A DNA stretch of 64,000 bases from Octopus vulgaris (Eukaryota). Below are positions 60,701 to 64,000 of the stretch, in pieces (the first letter of the stretch is position 1; the number at the start of each line of letters is the position of its first letter). The notes under the pieces were generated by a model. It saw nothing but the letters and a program-made list of their open reading frames with translations, did no database searches and was not told where the DNA came from. Location: NCBI GenBank assembly GCA_951406725.2, contig OX597827.1, positions 24,180,001 through 24,244,000 of the forward strand. Reading direction: 5' to 3'. Made by a program: the position numbers and the translations under genes.

Positions 60701-63177
60701 TGTTATTATTTCTTGTTAATATTATTATTATTATGGTGGTGACCTGGCACATTGGACGAAATGCTTACGTTCTGAGTTCAAATTCCACTGAGGTCGACTT
60801 TGCCGTTCATCCTTCTGGTGGTGGTCGATAAATTAAGCACCAGTTGCGTACTGGGATTTGATGAAATCGACTGGTCCCCTCCCCTCCAATTCCAGGCCTT
60901 GTGCCTATAGTAGAAAGGATTATTATTATTATTATCATTATTATTATTATTATTATTATTTAAGGTATGAAGGCACATGGCTCAGTGGTTAGAGTGGTAT
61001 GCATGGGTGACTGCTGGTCTTCCTAAACAACTTTGCCCGGACTTGTGCCTGAGAGGTTAACTTTCAAGGTGCAATCCCATGGTCAACCATTCCGAAAGTG
61101 TAGTGGGTGCTTTTTACATGCCACCGGCATGGGGGCCAGTCAGGAAGCACTGGCATTGACCATGCTCAAATGATGCTTTTTATGAGCTACCAACACTGGA
61201 GGCAGTCAGGTGGCATTGGCATCGACCCACGCTCAAATGGTGCTTTTTACATGCCACCAGCATGGGCGCCAGTTGGGCGGCATTGGCATCGACCCACGCT
61301 CAAATGGTGCTTTTTACGAGTCACCAGCACTGGAGCCAGTCAGGTGGCATTGGCATCGACCATGCTCAAATGGTGCTTTTTACGTGGCACCAGCATGGGC
61401 GTCAGTCGGGCAGCACTGGCATCGACCTATGCTCGTATGGTGCTTAACAGATTGGTGAAAATGTTAGAGTGTTCAGTCAGGATGTCTTACTGTATCTGTT
61501 TCAGCTCTGTTCTGCATTCAAGTGATTATATTGGTACCATTGTCTTACCATTCTCTTGGGTTCATCATTGGCATAAAGAATAACTTGCATGCAAAGACAA
61601 CTGCATGTCTTCCATCGAACAAACTTTGCCCAGGCTTGAGCATTACGGGTCTAAATCCATGACCAACACTGACTGACAGAGGTCTTAGAATTTTGCTGCT
61701 CGTTTTTAAAGTTGAAAATATATGAAATATAAAAAAAAGATGTATATTTAATGCAATGAGGTCAACAGTTCTGAGAATTATAACCTGAGAAGATAAATTG
61801 TTGTTTATTTTATTTGGAAATACTCACATTTCTTATTTTGTATCTTTTTTTTTTTTCAGACGCGGGACAGTGATGATGAAGACAAATATGCAGATGATGT
61901 TGACATGCCTGGTCAGAAGTTTGAAACCAAACAAAGAATCACAGTTAGAAACCTGCGTATTCGAGAAGACACTGCAAAAGTAATTTCCATTTTCCAATTT
62001 ATTTTTGTTTCTGCAATTGTTCTGGTTTTCCTTCCATGTGGCTCCGATCTGTTACCATTCTTGTCTTCAACATGTTGATTTTTTTCATTACTCTCTGTTC
62101 TGTTTTTAATCAGCCAAGATTCTATGTGGTGTCTGGACCTGTTAGACATTGCTTAGCATCACACTGTGCTACCTTAAAACAAGGTCACATTGGACAGTGT
62201 ATTTTAAGAGGTACAAAAAGATGAGATGGTCAAGGCTGGAATGCCCTTGATCATAAATCTGCTTCATAAGGGCTGCAGTGTCCTAAACAACAACACTGGT
62301 TAGAAAATTACTATTTGTAAATCTCACAACAAGAGATATTCAGCAACAGTATTTTGGAGTAAAGATTGTTTGCCAACATAACATGGCAGTAATATTCTAA
62401 TTTATAGATCAGTGACTAGTTGTCATTTTAAAAACTATATATTTCAAATGGGAATTTGGCAGTGCCACCTCTAGCTGAACAATTATGCTGTGCTGATGAA
62501 GGGAAATAACCCAGAAATCTCGATACACAGATATTGTTTTGAGGTGAGTTGGGGTGCTAGATTCCCTTGTTTGAAAATATAAGGACACAGATTGTGTCGC
62601 ATAGCCAGCTTGGGATGATGTCTCCTGAGGCTAAATTACAGCAACATTCGTCCTAAACCAGGACTGCTGTGTTATGTTGGCAAACAATCTTTACTCGAGC
62701 AACACTGGTGTCGAGAGAGAGAGAGAGATAGAAAGCCCATCAGCCAAAATCTCCTCGAATACTTCAAGTTAAACGTTCATAAAATTTTCTCTCTAATTGC
62801 CATCAGAATCAGCTGTAAGAACTAGGATCATCACCATATTGAAATTCTCAGTGTCCAATTCATCTGTTATTGCCAGTAGTTAAGCTGCTGGAAGCTGAGA
62901 ATTGAACTCTGATGGACACCTGCATGCTATATTCTTCATTGAATTCATTGTTCCCTCCCTCATCTTGCTGACAGCATATCTCTACTTAGATTTCTTGTGA
63001 TACAATTTCTGTGCCTCTTTCTTCTCAATGTCAGCACTCTTTGCAAACTACTCTTATTAACTTTTCTTATCTTTTGCAGTATTTATATAACCTTGATCCA
63101 AATTCCAGTTTTTACGACCCTAAAACAAGGGCTATGAGAGAGAATCCTTTTAAAAATTCTGGAAAAGAAGAAACAGA
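54340..63177 (+). CDS. SLU7: Pre-mRNA splicing factor SLU7, first 7 coding exons (gene continues beyond the window)
   Basis: Exons 54340-54512, 54987-55137, 56510-56590, 58322-58489, 59818-59880, 61860-61979, 63080-63177; GT-AG, phases consistent; [34 protein letters not shown] knuckle, [26 protein letters not shown]. Confidence 0.95.
54987..55137 (+). CDS. SLU7: SLU7 coding exon 2
   Basis: [21 protein letters not shown]. Confidence 0.93.
55782..55827 (-). ncRNA. Minimal type I hammerhead motif
   Basis: gacaa CTGATGA a ggctgg-agtttata-tcagct GAAA c GTT gtgtt. Confidence 0.6.
56091..56136 (+). ncRNA. Minimal type I hammerhead motif
   Basis: gacag CTGATGA a ggctgg-tgggtata-tcagcc GAAA c GTT gtgtt; palindromic AACGTT in place of helix III. 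Confidence 0.68.
56510..56590 (+). CDS. SLU7: SLU7 coding exon 3 (zinc knuckle)
   Basis: [22 protein letters not shown]. Confidence 0.93.
56670..57548 (-). mobile_element. Degenerate Tc1/mariner (maT-like) element
   Basis: [48 protein letters not shown]. Confidence 0.75.
58322..58489 (+). CDS. SLU7: SLU7 coding exon 4
   Basis: [24 protein letters not shown]. Confidence 0.93.
58925..59290 (+). mobile_element. tRNA-derived SINE with CORE-like segment
   Basis: tggctgtgtggta..gggttcagtccc..ccttgggcaagtgtctt; related copies at 58757-58900, 40340-40530(-), 44790-45065(-). Confidence 0.75.
59818..59880 (+). CDS. SLU7: SLU7 coding exon 5
   Basis: AKQLLKEEK..; GT-AG, in frame, low conservation. 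Confidence 0.75.
60361..61000 (+). repeat. (ATT)n tracts alternating with tandem SINE copies
   Basis: (ATT)n, SINE 60408-60600, (ATT)n, SINE 60733-60920, (ATT)n, then another SINE head near 60970. Confidence 0.8.
61105..61445. repeat. Minisatellite of about 66-bp units (about 5 copies) related to the RTE 3'-UTR repeat unit
   Basis: Repeated ggtgctttttacatgccacc.gcatggg.gccagtcagg..gcattggcatcgacc..gctcaaat. Confidence 0.85.
61860..61979 (+). CDS. SLU7: SLU7 coding exon 6
   Basis: [29 protein letters not shown]. Confidence 0.93.
62488..62530 (+). ncRNA. Type I hammerhead ribozyme motif, sense strand of a SLU7 intron
   Basis: ctgtg CTGATGA a ggg-aaataa-ccc a GAAA tc-tc-ga TA cacag: perfect 5-bp helix I, full core, AUA cleavage triplet. 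Confidence 0.72.
63080..63177 (+). CDS. SLU7: SLU7 coding exon 7
   Basis: [23 protein letters not shown]. Confidence 0.93.
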
Positions 63178-63509
63178 GTATGTACTTTTGTTTTTTTATA
63201 GAGAAGAATAAATCAATTAACAATACAACTTGATCTCGTATTGGTTTTGATGAGAGGAACTACACACTCATTATATAGAACATTATATAGTGTGAATGGA
63301 TCAATGTGTGTATGACAAGGCTGGGCCCTCAGTGTACTTGCAACAGACCCTCCAGTAGGTATCATCACAATCCTTGTCTGTCCATTTTCATTCACAAGCT
63401 CTAGGTTGAGCTAAAGCTTTGATGGTAGACACTTAATTAAGCAGCCACAGACTGGGATCAAAGCCAGTTCTTCATGAGAGCCTTTTTTCTCTTTTATTTG
63501 TTTGATTTG

Positions 63510-63900
63510 CAGTCCCTCCAAGACTGGTGAGATTGATGTTGTTAATGGTCTGTTTAAACTGTTGCAGATTAACACTTGCAGGGAACAGATTACAGGGGGA
63601 CAACATTCTGGGGAGGAAAGATTGGTCATAGTGGCTAGTGCAGGGTAAGCATGATGGGGCGACTATAACAAAGGTGATGAGAGTTGAAGAGATAAAAGGG
63701 TCAGAGGTGATTAAGTATGAAAGGTATGAGACCAGTCAGCTCCAGGAAACGTAGATCAATATCGTAGTAATAGAAAAGATAGAGCGAGGAGACAGCATGA
63801 CTGGAGTCCATTAGTGATGGAATGCCAATTAACTGAATGTGTCTTGATAAGCAAAACATAGCCAAACTCTTGGACATTCATTTGGCCATGAATGTCCTAG
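63510..63900 (-). mobile_element. Degenerate CR1/L2-like LINE 3' ORF fragment
   Basis: ..TSHYDQSFLPR..FPASVNLQQFKQTINNINL resembles CR1-group ORF2 C-termini. Confidence 0.5.
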
Positions 63901-64000
63901 AGTTGAATACATACAAGCTTTTATTTACTAATTTAGATTCCTAATTGATATTGTTTATTTGTCCAATTATTATACTACATGTTGATAGTCCTTCGTTGTC

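Noticed and set aside
61105-61445. CRISPR-like periodic repeat
   Set aside because: Eukaryotic context, whole units repeat without unique spacers, no cas genes

Overview
AT-rich eukaryotic (animal) DNA. The SINE and RTE-tail repeat content points to a coleoid cephalopod, probably Octopus (inference from recalled repeat families, not from a search). The window has two halves. (1) 1-27.6 kb is gene-free and packed with nested transposons: three Tx1-clade L1 LINE copies, a Merlin remnant, two CsRn1-like Gypsy remnants, a near-intact SPIN/Buster hAT, an intact pogo/Passer DD35D element, two Penelope-like elements (PLE), and piggyBac and RTE fragments. Every one of these coding elements lies on the minus strand, as expected of a uni-strand piRNA-cluster-like locus. 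(2) 29-64 kb holds a head-to-head gene pair: complete NOA1 (minus, 8 exons, 730 aa) and the 5' part of SLU7 (plus). Their shared promoter carries nested MITEs, and their introns hold an RTE LINE with a Helitron insertion, SINEs and MITEs. Several minimal hammerhead ribozyme motifs are visible, including a PLE end that joins a tRNA-like Pol III promoter to a hammerhead. A tRNA-derived SINE shares its 3' tail with the Tx1 LINE, and both are associated with (ATT)n tracts.
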